Below are positions 24,698 to 35,962 of a stretch of DNA of 64,000 nt, piece by piece. This DNA is from Anthoceros angustus (lineage: Eukaryota > Plantae > Anthocerotophyta), in NCBI GenBank assembly GCA_010909165.1, contig VJWM01000063.1:558001-622000 (forward strand). Direction: 5' to 3'. The position numbers and the translations under genes are program-made. Position 1 is the first letter of the stretch, and every line of letters begins with the position of its first letter. A model generated the notes under the pieces. The model was not told the DNA's origin. It was given only the letters and a program-made list of their open reading frames with translations, and searched no databases.

Positions 24698-25531
24698 TCA
24701 AGGTGAGGACCGTGGCAGGCGCCGGCTGGAGGAAGAGCCGAATCCTTTGTTTCGTGGACATCGACCACGCCGCAGGCTGTGGTGTCTCGTGATGCCTCCA
24801 GGTCTGCGTCGAAGGTTACAAAATGTGTGTTGCCAAGACAGACGTAGCTCCTACAGTAATGACCTGGAAGAGGGGCACAGCATGTCAAAAGGGAGGCACG
24901 TGGCTTCTTGGCGCCAAACATTTGGGCAGACGATGGGTTGGACATGATCCGACTCCCACAGGGTGATGGAGCCGCTACAATCAGCTGAGTCCCATCCCTA
25001 CAAGCACCATAGCCCGTAGACAATGCATGGTTTCAGACACCATTCAAAGTCTCGGAAGCCCAGAAAAGGCCGAAGAAAAATAATGTTGGGACAACTGTTA
25101 CGCTTTTGAGCAGCTAGAATATTTGAGATCAACACAAATCATGAACCAACCTCTCAGCACTAGCTATTATTTCAGCCAGCCAAGCTTTCTGCTCTGCCCC
25201 AATTCCCCCATTCCAGTCTGCAGACAGTAGGTACACATCGCTCAGTGGGTGAGCTTCTAGATACTTAACTGCTTCCTGCATCACCAGAGAACAAGTGGAA
25301 GAGACACATGAGCTAGAGATCTCGTTTGAATAATCACAGTGTAGCATAAGCTCTTATACCAAACAGCTACAGATGTACTGGCCTGGTAGTTAGCTGAATC
25401 TTCTGGCCTTTAGACTTACATTCATCAAGTCCAGCACGACCTGCAACAACCAAACCCAGAGGAGTAATACTCTGACTCTCATCAGGAGTCTAGAGAGAGA
25501 AGGCTTGACGTTCCAGGAAGGCAGGAGAATG
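24698..25531 (-). pseudogene. 5'-truncated ADPRM-like 3' half
   Basis: Matches 9069-9861; homology to the full gene ends at ggagaatg (25531) inside an intron; 13-nt deletion at 24749/24750; GHYH changed to GHYC. Confidence 0.8.
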
Positions 25532-25660
25532 TTACGTTTCAACATGGGACCAAATCGTGTGTCACTTGCCTTACTGATAGCAACACCTCATGCACTTCCG
25601 ACAATGTTTGATATTCCCTTCGTGAAGGAACGATCGATACGCGCCCTAAATGTTGCAGGC

Positions 25661-26905
25661 TTACTCGGATGTCCCAAGGAACTCCTTAGCAAGGGGATGG
25701 GTTGCAAAGAAGAGATCCTTGGCTTTGAGGGTCTCCACCACCTGGCCATCTACTAGAATACAAACCTGGTTGGCCACTCTTTGTACCTGATCCAAGCTGT
25801 GTGAAACAAGAACCACTGTAAGGCCCTTCTGCTTTTGGAGCTTCAAAATAGTGCTCTCTATGTTCAGAGTGGTCTTCGGATCCAAGGCACTGGTTGGCTC
25901 ATCCAGAAGCAGCACCTGCACAGAAAACGATTTCCTCTAGAATAAGAAGAGCGTTGTTGTGTTTGGCAGCTACCACGATATTTGGAACCTTGTAAGGAGG
26001 CTGTTAAGTTGAACAGAACAGACAAAATAGTACCTCTGGATCATTCGCAAGGGTTCGAGCCAGTGCAACCCTTTGTGCTTGTCCCACAGACAGGCCAATG
26101 ACTGATCTCTTTGCAAATTCAGGCTCAAGATCGGCCAGAGTGAGAAGAGCTGCAATTTCAGGTTCCGGAAGCTTCCTTCCCATGAGACTTGGCCCCATAC
26201 TAACATTGTCTGCAACCGTCCCTGCAAGGACCCACGGATCACTGGTGAGAAGATATGTTTGCGTATGACAGCTCCTCCAACCTTATCTTCATTGCAAATT
26301 GCTTTCACTCTAGCAGAACATAGATAACACAGACACAACTAGTATCCCTGCATATTCCACCAAGGTGTCTCTCACTCAAGAGCACTAATGAGGCTAGTTA
26401 ACAGCCGACTGATTAAAAGCACCCCAGCTCGTTTTTCAAACTTTGCTCTCTGCCAAAATCCACGATGGCAGGATATCTCATCGGGATGTGGAACAGGCAG
26501 GAGAAGCATGCGGTTGTAGCAGCAGTCAAAAACCAGGTTGACATGCCGCAACATGAGCTAGTGAGACTTGAACCAACCTTCAAACATAGTTGGGGTTTGA
26601 AATAGCATTCCAACGCGCCGCCTGATGCTTGTTACATCAACCTTTGTCACGTCCTCTCCATCAAGAAACACAGAACCAGATGGAGGTTCCCACAGCCGAT
26701 TCAATGCCCTCAACAGCGTGGATTTGCCACTCCCGCTGGGCCCAACGACACCAAAAACTTGCCCAACACCAATGTCCAGGGATACATCTCGCAGTATTGC
26801 CGTGCCAGCACTAGTCCTCTTTTCAAGACCAGTGACGCGAATCTTTGGTTCACCACTTTTGCCATCATCCACTGCCACAGATATGAGGGATTCCCTTGCA
26901 TCTTC
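25661..26905 (-). CDS. ABC transporter I family ATPase, ABCI17/STAR1-like (at least 3 exons; a short ATG exon near 26995 is uncertain)
   Basis: Walker A GPSGSGKST, Q-loop VGMLFQ, signature LSVGQAQRVALAR, Walker B LLLDEPTSALD, H-loop VSHS; stand-alone nucleotide-binding domain. Confidence 0.88.
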
Positions 26906-27274
26906 CTCCCCTGCAAGCAAAGCCAGAAGCTTGATTACTTACCTCAACCACACACCTTAAACACACTTTCCAGCCCCTCACTTTTCAGCATTCATGGCAG
27001 CACCGAGAAAACCGGAGGCAGATAGCGGCAAGATCAACCAACACTACGTTTTTTCGGCTCAGCATTGAATGTGGCCTCTATGTGGATTCCCTGCATCAAA
27101 AGGACGTGTTTCATTGCATCCAGAAATTCCGCTGCTGTTCCTGGACAGCAGACTCCAGCACTAACTAACTCATTGCACCGAAACATCCTGTTCCTCAGCA
27201 AATCGGACCACAACTGACTTTCCCCTCTCTCATTCACTCTATGCTCGGAGTCCTCGGATTGGTCACACATCGTT

Positions 27275-27322
27275 CATCACTTAGATCCGTCATCTAACCA
27301 TCACTTCGATCCGTCATCTAAC
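27275..27322. repeat. 24-bp direct repeat x2 upstream of the ABCI gene
   Basis: catcacttagatccgtcatctaac / catcacttcgatccgtcatctaac. Confidence 0.85.
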
Positions 27323-29582
27323 CAGCACAGAGCAAAAACAATCATCTCAACCTGACCCTCCCCTGTCCCACCCCGGCGATGACCTACGTACAGACAAGCT
27401 TTCAAAATCCAAGCACGCGAAGCAGTTACGTCGCTTCCTACGACGCAGATGCACAACAGTTCCAGAACTGTCAAACCAGATACCTACCTACCGGTCCGCG
27501 AACGAAAAAAACCAGGCGTTCATTCTCGACAGCGCTCTCTGCTTCAGCGCTCTCTGCTTCTGCTCTCCAACACCAGAGCAGGGCACTTACAAGCATGTTC
27601 CCGAGGGAGGCCCATGCCTCCTGGCAGCGCCGTCGGAGTCGGAGTTGGAGCCGGAGCCGGAGTCGGATCGCGATCCGTGATAACTACACGCACTCCACCA
27701 GCGCGCAAACACAAACACGCTCTCAAAATTCCGCCATCGCTGCTAGCTCGCAGGAACAAATTTCTCCATTCTCACCTGGATCCAAGTTTAGCATGCGGCA
27801 TCAAAAAACCTTCCTCCACTCCCAGAATTCAGCGCGACGCAGCGCGGCGCCGCAGAGCCGCCGCAATTCCGGAAGCCGGCGTGACACAATGAAGAGCGCA
27901 GCAGAGCAGATCAGACGCGAAAACAGACGCAGGCGCGGGCACTGGCGATGGCGCAGGCGGACAACGCAGCGGAATCGGGAGCAGAAAATGTGAGGCCCAT
28001 CGGTGATCGGTGGAGGAAGACCGCGTCCCGGCCCGGCTGCTTCCAGGCAGGCTGGCCTTCCCCAGGGCCACCTCCATGCCCGTGCCTTCCAGCGGCAAGC
28101 CCGTGCCATTCGGCTACCTTGGCAGCTGCATCACCAGGCGGCGAAAGCGGCGCAACCGCAATCGCCCGATCACGCCAAATGCGACCGCGGACGAGTACGG
28201 CAAGGTACATGTGGACGTACTTCGACCTAGAGCCACTTGGTTCACGGTTTTTTGTCAGGGCCTCGGTTACTCCTCCACAAGACCCGACCTGGTGTCACTG
28301 TTCAATCTCCCAAGCAATAACTTCGTCGCACGTGCCAAATCCCCCGTGGCATCCCATGGCCCAGGTCGCATCCAAATCCCCGAAGCATCCCATAAGCATC
28401 GCCTTCCCAAACCCTGGCTATATGCTTTTGAACTTGAGAATTTCTGGTCTCATTAGTTAAGTTTCTGAATAAAGGTCAATGTGGTCGTTCCTCGAGCATT
28501 CTTGGTGGGAAAGATTCTGGCAGGGAGCGCATATTGATTATGATTTTTCACTCTATGAATAATCACCTCCAGCTTATGAAAGCTAGCTCTATACTACGAA
28601 CAATTCAGTTATATATCAATGAGGATCTTACACTATTGCAATGGAAGACTAAGAAGGAGAAGTTACTAGCTTTCAAAGTTGCTCGTATTGCAGACCAAAT
28701 GGTTTTCTTTCGTGAGGATGAATTGGTAATGTTTAGCCCTAGTTCACGCATTTTCATCCACACTGTTGATTGATTGAAGATTATTTGCCTTGTTTGAATT
28801 TTACCTTTACATTTGTCTAGATTATTTTACTATTATCTATATAGTTACCATATTTCATTCCCATGATAGAAATCCCTCCTTAGTGGACTTAAATAAATTT
28901 CTTCTTCTTCTACCTTGCCTCTAACATATGATGTTTTGGGAGCAGTAAATACATTTTAGTAAGGAGCTTAGTTGCTTCTTTCCGCCTCGATCCTCGGGGT
29001 CCTTTGTGGTTATGCCTGCTAGATGAGTTTTTTCCCATTATACAATCCATGTGTTACTTCCTTGCCTTTAATGTGATCCTCACTTAACTCTAATTTGCTT
29101 TTAACTTACTTGTTTCTTGCCTTTAACTCGCCACTCATTTACTTTTAATTTACTCATAATTTTTTAAAATAAATTTTTATTTTTTTATAAATTTTAAAAT
29201 ATACATCGAAGTTCGATAGTGAAATTTAATATGGAATAACCCTGCAGGGCAGTGGCGAAAACAACGAAATGGACGATAGGTGAGTTCACACAACAAACCT
29301 GGCTTGAGATAATTGAAAACATTTACCGACCATGGAGAAGTTGGAGGATCAACCTTGAAGGGTGTGGCATCATTTGTCGAAGTACGGAAAGAAGATAATC
29401 TTCCGGAATTAGTCGTGGAAGGCATGCAGCACGAAGTCCCCACGGAAACGGAACACGGAACGGGTTTAGAGACACACGGCGGCGTGACGAAGCTGCGACA
29501 GAAGTTTCGGTTGTGTTTGCTTCAAACATGAACACCCGTTGGGAGTGCAGTGGGCGGGAGACAGCAGTCGCGCGGCATGTCG

Positions 29583-31122
29583 ATGGAGCGGGAGAAGATT
29601 CTGGTTGTGGGTGCTACGGGCTACATCGGGAAGCATCTGACGCTGGCCAGCGCCAGGCTGGGTCACCCGACGTTCGCCCTCGTCCGGCCTTCCACGAAGC
29701 CGACAGATCCCGCCAGTGAGAAGGCCCAGCTCCTGGATTCCTTCGAAGCGGCAGGCGTCACCCTGCTCAACGTAGTGTTTGCAATGCGCCTGCGTCTTTC
29801 CTTTCCGTTGGAGTTTGGATTATTGAATCTGGTTGTAGTTTCGAGTTTGAGGCGAGGTGGGTGGATTAATTTGGGGTCGGCACAGGGGAATTTGGAGGAT
29901 CACGGCAGCCTGGTCCAGGCGCTCAAGCAGGTGGATGTGGTGATCTCGGCTGTTGGAGGATTTCAGCTCAGAGATCAGGCGCGCTTGGTGGATGCCATCG
30001 AGGAAGTCGGGCACATCAGGGTGAGCGGGGAATCGGGACAGGAATTCGGTTGCTGTGATTTTGATTATTCGGTGATGTCCGTGAATTTATGAGGTGATGT
30101 CGGGAGGGCATGGATGGGTGTGGCAGAGATTTCTGCCTTCGGAGTTCGGGAACGACGTGCGTAAGGTGCATATGCTGCCGTCCACGGAGTCCATTTTCAA
30201 GCCCAAGATCGAGGTTCAGGACAAGGTGCTGGCGGCGGGGATCCCCTACACCTTCGTGGTGAGCAACAGCTATGCTGGATACACTTTGGCCACGTTGGGG
30301 CAGCTGGGTCCAGTCCGAGCACCGCCTACCGACAAGGTCATCATCTACGGGAGAGCCAAAGGTGTGGTGTGTGTGTGCACCGAACCATCCATGTCCAGCA
30401 GCTCGATTTCTCTTGGTTATGTATGCCCAACTGTGACCATACTGTTGGGGAAATATTTGCAGCATTCTTCGTGGACGAGGATGACATCGCCACATACACC
30501 GTCAAGGCATCGGTGGACCCCCGAGCGCTTAACAAGACCTTCCACATCCGGCCTGCCCAAAACTTCTGCACCCAGCTGGAGGCGGTCGAGCTGTGGGAGA
30601 AGCTCTCGGGACACCATCTCGAAAAGGCTGAGCTGAAGGAGGAGGATGTGCTCAAGCTCATCGCAGGTTTGCATCGACTTCACCTTCTCTTAAGCCATCC
30701 ATATGCATGACATGGGAGCCCTCATGCTTTTGGCATATGCGTGAAAGTTTGCATTTTATGAATTCGTGGAACATATACTATGCTTGTTGAGAGGAGGATT
30801 ATGTATTGAATCGATACTCCGGAACCTTGCACAACATGGGCTGCGTGTTTGTTTGCTGGCTTGCTGTGCTTTGTGAATGCATTAACTCCTTTTCTAGATC
30901 TAGATGGTGTTCATTATCACCTCATGCTGTCTTTAATCCACAAATCTCCTTTCTGGGGCAGAATCACCTCCTACTGAGAGTGCACTGCTGGGTATCATGT
31001 ACTCTATTTTCGTCAAAGGAGATCAAGATATTCCCCTCCCAGAAGATGCAATCGAAGCCACCGCGCTTTATCCTGATGTACAATACGTAACAGTAGCTGA
31101 GTACCTTCAACGTTTCCTGTAA
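29583..31122 (+). CDS. Isoflavone reductase-like / PCBER-PLR (NmrA-type NADPH reductase), 5 exons
   Basis: KILVVGATGYIGK, VDVVISAVGG, RFLPSEFGND, IPYTFVVSN, FVDEDDIATYT, LYPDVQYVTVAEYLQRFL*; GT-AG introns. Confidence 0.93.
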
Positions 31123-31633
31123 CATCACACGTTCCATAACTCTTTTGTTTTTGCTTTCGCCCCTCAGAACTTCAGAGGGCCTGTCACATATATGCAGCAT
31201 ACCCTCTTCGGACGGAACCCTCTTCCTGCGCCATCAAGGCCACAAAACTGTAGCTAGTAACTAGACCACGTGGGCGAAGGACAGGCGAGCTACCCATTGC
31301 CAGCCGGCATATCTTGCGTCTCCAAAAAATTTGTCATTACCTCATTGACGAGAGCTGGCTTGGGCATGCAACCGGTGCCATCTCTATTGAACTTCAGAGC
31401 CTGAGAACCCATATCTTGAAAGGCACTGAAGTCTTGATTCCTGTGTCACAACATTTGGAATTTGAGAAGGAAAAAGTGAAACCCCTTATCCTGTACGAAT
31501 GTTCCTACCTCATTTCCGTATCAGCCTCGGCCCCATTACTGCGATGATCTACTGCTGCGGTGGACTTGACTTGTGCAGGAAAGATATGATGCTTGCTGCT
31601 GCATGCTCTGCATTCAAAGTGTTACAAATTGAA

Positions 31634-34100
31634 TTGTAGCTAGCCTTGACAACGCACACGCAGAGCGGAAGCAAGAGACACAATCAAAGTAGAAGCATAT
31701 TTGGTAATAACTTGATGTTATGCAACTAGTTGTCTTATGAAATGATGATAAACACCAATGTGCTTAGTTAGGGCATGATACTTAGCATTCTTAGTCAGCG
31801 CTATCGGCGACATGTTATCACAATGCAATAAAGTAGGTAAACTTGTGCTTGATCCATATCGGCCAACAAGGATCTACTAGCTACTACCTCCTTACCAGCA
31901 AGTATCAAAGATACATACTCACTCAGTTGAACTCAATGACACACTCTTTTGCTTCTTACATGTCCATGAAAGAGCAGCACTACACATGATAAAACAATAA
32001 CTAGACAAGCTTTTCTTGGTGACAGGATCAACTGACCAATTAGCATCAGACCAGCCCTCAAGCAGAAGCCTACCTGTTCCTCATCTCTTATATTGAAGGC
32101 CCTACATGCATAGTCCAAGAGAGATATCTATAGATGCATTTTACCGCAACCCAATGAGCCAAACCTGGATTAGAAAGGAATTGTGATAGAATGGAAACTG
32201 CATGAGTAATATTTGGACGAGTCCGGCCACTAAGGAAGAGTAGGCATCCAACTGCCTCTTTATAAGGGGTGTGTAGCATCCTCTCTCGCTCCTCATCTGT
32301 AGTAGGGCTGTCCTCAGTAGATATAGGGTCTAACCAGCTGCAAGTGTTGTGGTTGCTGAATGGGCTGCCTCGAGCTTAAAACGATTAAGAAGATCCTTAA
32401 CATACTTAGATTGGAAAATACTAAGTGTACCTTCTCCCCTATTCCTAGAAATCTGCACTTCGAGATAATAGGTAAGAGTTCCAATATCCTTCATCTTGTA
32501 AGAGTCTTCTTCACTTCCAATAGCAAGTCCTCACTGTTAGTCGCATTAATGATGTCATCCACATATAGGGCAATTATAACAGCTTGCATGGATGGATGAG
32601 AATGTAGACTTCCTACGCAAGGATCCTTGCGTAGGAAATATACATTCTCATTAGAATCACAATGAATAAACCAATCTTGATAAGTATTCCATCAATATGA
32701 GCATACCACTAAGGAATTGTTTGAGTCCATAAATATATTTTATGGACTCAATTAAGCCTACACACTAAATCTCTGGTTTTAGGATCTATAAACCCTTCAT
32801 GTTGATCCATATAAATGAGCTCCTCTAATTTACCATATAGAAAAGCAGTGGTAATATTCATTTACTGTAAATCTAAATCTAACTCAACAGCTAGTACTAG
32901 CAAGTACCTAATAGTCTAAAGTTTAACTACTGGGGGAAATGTTTCATGATAATCTACTCCTAGGACTTGACTATACCCCTTGGCACACAAATGTGCCTTA
33001 TAATGCTCTACACTACCATGAGCTTTGAACTTGTACGAAAGACCCACTTACATTGAATTGGCTTCCTACCATAAGGGAGCTTAACTAATTCCCAAGTATT
33101 ATTCTCTATTAAACTATTATATTCAAATAATATGGCTGCCTTCCATTTCTCCTTGTTAGATCCAGACAAAGTTTCTTCACGTGTAGCAGGTTCAATAAGA
33201 TCAATAGCTGCTATATAAGCTTGAACTAATAAGGCGTGGGCAGAGACTAGTGGGTTAACATAATTTAATCTAGGTTCATTTTCCAAATCAAGTAAATTGC
33301 CAACTAAAGAATTATTATTGTGGATATTTGAAATGGCTGGTGCGGAAACGGGCTCCAAAATTGGATCTGTAGAAGCGGGCAAGGAAGCATCTGCAGACAC
33401 ACCTCGCAAGGAGGAGCTGCCATGTCTAGATGCTGTGCGCCAAGATCCCATGTGGTTTGAGGCAAGCCAACCAGGAGGATTGCATGCCCTTGTGGATTGG
33501 CGCGCGTGTGAGAGAGAGAGGTGGCTGGCAGTGCACACCCGAGGATCTGCAGACGGATCAGATCTAGGCCGTCGGGAAATATGGGAGAGGATCTGGATGC
33601 AAGAGTGTGGGAACAGGTTGAGATTTTGTAGGCGCCTATGTGCGCGGCTGATGTATGGGATCAGGCTGCAAATTTGGATCTGGAGGAGGCTGCCGCTTAG
33701 ACTCTAATGTGGCAGCAGGGGTGCGCGGGAGATGAGGCACGCTTTATAGGTATGGAGGCGCCTGTGTGCGCCACAGATGTGCAAGATGGGGCTGCTAATT
33801 TGCAGGATCACGAACTGCAGAGGCATGTGGAGGCGCGCGGTTCATGGGGGTTGGCACGACGTGCATAGGAGCAGATTGTGTGTGAGGAGGAGCTACGGCG
33901 GGTGCAGGCTGGGCATGTGGAGCGGGTACCTGGTTGGGTGTTGGCCCTTATGAAGTGTGTGCAGGTTGTGCCCACTGTCCTCGGACTCCCACTCGGACAG
34001 CTGCTCCGAGGAAAACAGGGAGGCAGAAGACGAGGAGGTCGATGAAATTCAAGATGTGTTTTTTTTAGGAGGCACTGGATAGAGAAAAATAGGCAGGTGT
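31634..34100 (-). mobile_element. Degenerate Ty1/copia pol 3' half (linker-RT-RNaseH)
   Basis: KWKAAI..EYNSLIENNTWELV..P.GRKPIQCKWVF, ALYVDDI, YKEAVGCLLFL..RTRPNITHAVS.LSQF; many stops. Confidence 0.88.
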
Positions 34101-35194
34101 GCTAGAAATTTGGGGTATAAAGATGCGTCGAGATTTATACAAATGGTAAATATAAAGTTCTATGTCATCAATATGTATAGACCAGCATCTATACGTAACC
34201 TATATGATGTACATACTTATTATATACAAAATATAATATGAATATATATCATTAAAAATATTATACCATACCGTAAATGATACACATACAGTACGAAGGA
34301 CATATTTATATGAGCATTTATGTGTGGTGGTATTGATGGGCATATTAATAGTAACTACTATGTAAGACGCAGTATTCCTTAGGGTAAAAGCAAAAAGTCA
34401 ATGATAGATGTCGAGGAGGTTCGGTACCAAGCCTAGAAAAGTGTTACAAGACTTTTCTTGTAACACTAACATGATTGCAACAAAAGCTCTAGTCTGGTTT
34501 TCAAGCCCAGAGTGTCACAAGGGGCCCAAAAAGTGCTACATAGCCCCAAAATTGCAACATGAGTGTTACATCCAGGGGTTCGAATCTTAACATAAAGTGT
34601 AACATAAGCAGGAATTTCTCATAAGGTAAGGCCAACAAGATTGCTGTATGTGGGCTATACTTCAAGGAATACAAGCTTGTGAACCCCGAGACTCATCGAA
34701 TCAAGTAATATTCTCGGAGTGTGGTTATCGATGAGCAATCTCTCCTACTCACGTCTGCAGCTCATAATCCAAGGGACTAACCTATGCTGGATTTGCTGAT
34801 TACGTGTCCCCTCCCGGCCATGAACTGTCGACTGCCCTTGGCTCTTTTTTAACGCACCTGAATGTTCCCCCCCTAGTCCTCCCTCCTTCTCTCTCCCCCT
34901 AGATAACTGCCTCATGTCCATTACGCGCCTTTTTGCCCCTGCCTTGACCATGGCTGCTGCTGGTTGCTCCACTCCTATCCTCCCTCTGCCACCCGCCTCT
35001 TCCACTCCCCCTGCGTTGTTTTCATTGTCCACACTCAACACATGTCTGTTACTTGCTGGTGACGGTACACTCACCCTCTCTGTGCTACAGCACTCGATAA
35101 TTCTCGCCCTCCAGACACATCCCTCCTACCATGCACCGGCCTCGTCACTCCCTATTCATCCAAGACCCCGCCCTACTAGCATTGCCGTCTCTAA

Positions 35195-35570
35195 CGTTAC
35201 ATCACAGTCTGGTGACGCATCAAATAAAATTTTGAGATAGGAAATCACAGCATGGAATGTGTCTTGGCCTCACCTTACAGCTGTACATTATGTACATCAG
35301 ACCCCACCATTCTACCATTGCCTTCCCTAACTTCACGTACATCATAGTCTGGTTACGCATCTGCTGAAAATTTGAGATAGGAAATCACAGCATCGAATGG
35401 GTCTTGGCCTCACCTTGCAGCTGTACATATACATGAGACCCCGCCATTCTACCATCACGTTCCCTAACTTCACATCATAGTCTGGTTACGCATCAGCTAA
35501 AAATTTGAGATAGGAAATCACAGCATGGAATAGGTCTTGGCCTCACCTTGCAACTACTTGCAGTTGTACA
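35195..35570. repeat. ~135-140 bp tandem repeat, about 2.6 units
   Basis: tctggt(g/t)acgcatc...aatttgagataggaaatcacagcat.gaat..gtcttggcctcacctt.cag recurs three times. Confidence 0.85.
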
Positions 35571-35962
35571 TGTACACAACACATCGTGCAAGAGGGATGA
35601 GAGTTGAAGTCCTCCTGATGGGCATGAATCGCGGCCCTTTCGGCATGGCTCAGGTAATGCTAAGTGTTGCTGGTCATTGGCTGTTGTTGTTCACTTTTCT
35701 GGTCCTACCTGCTGAAGGAAGCTCACTACAATAGAAAGCTTCCTCACCCTTTTCCAATCCGTGGCCACAGATTTAGAGAGACAATCCCACCATGCATAGA
35801 GACGAGGGAGAGGAGGAGGGGAAGAGGCAAGGAGGAAAAGGGGGAGAGGGATTTGAGGTAGAGAAGGAGGAGGAGGAGGAAGAGGAGGTACAAGGTGAGA
35901 GGGAAAGGAAGAGGAGGGGGAGGAGAAAGAACAGGAGTAAGAGGAGGGGGAGAGGGAAAAGA

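Larger units (their letters stand above)
13567..25531. repeat. Segmental duplication copy 2
   Basis: Collinear with 1-9861 except that 19820-21739 replaces 6067-6117. Confidence 0.9.

Noticed and set aside
6925-31122. Amidase + ADPRM + ABC ATPase + reductase as a biosynthetic gene cluster
   Set aside because: No scaffold-forming enzyme and no known shared pathway; adjacency alone is not evidence
34140-34400. AT-rich stretch with a possible LYIDDI RT-like remnant
   Set aside because: Too decayed to distinguish from chance
34577-34586. GGTTCGAATC (tRNA T-loop / B-box)
   Set aside because: No acceptor stem, anticodon arm or properly spaced A-box could be folded around it
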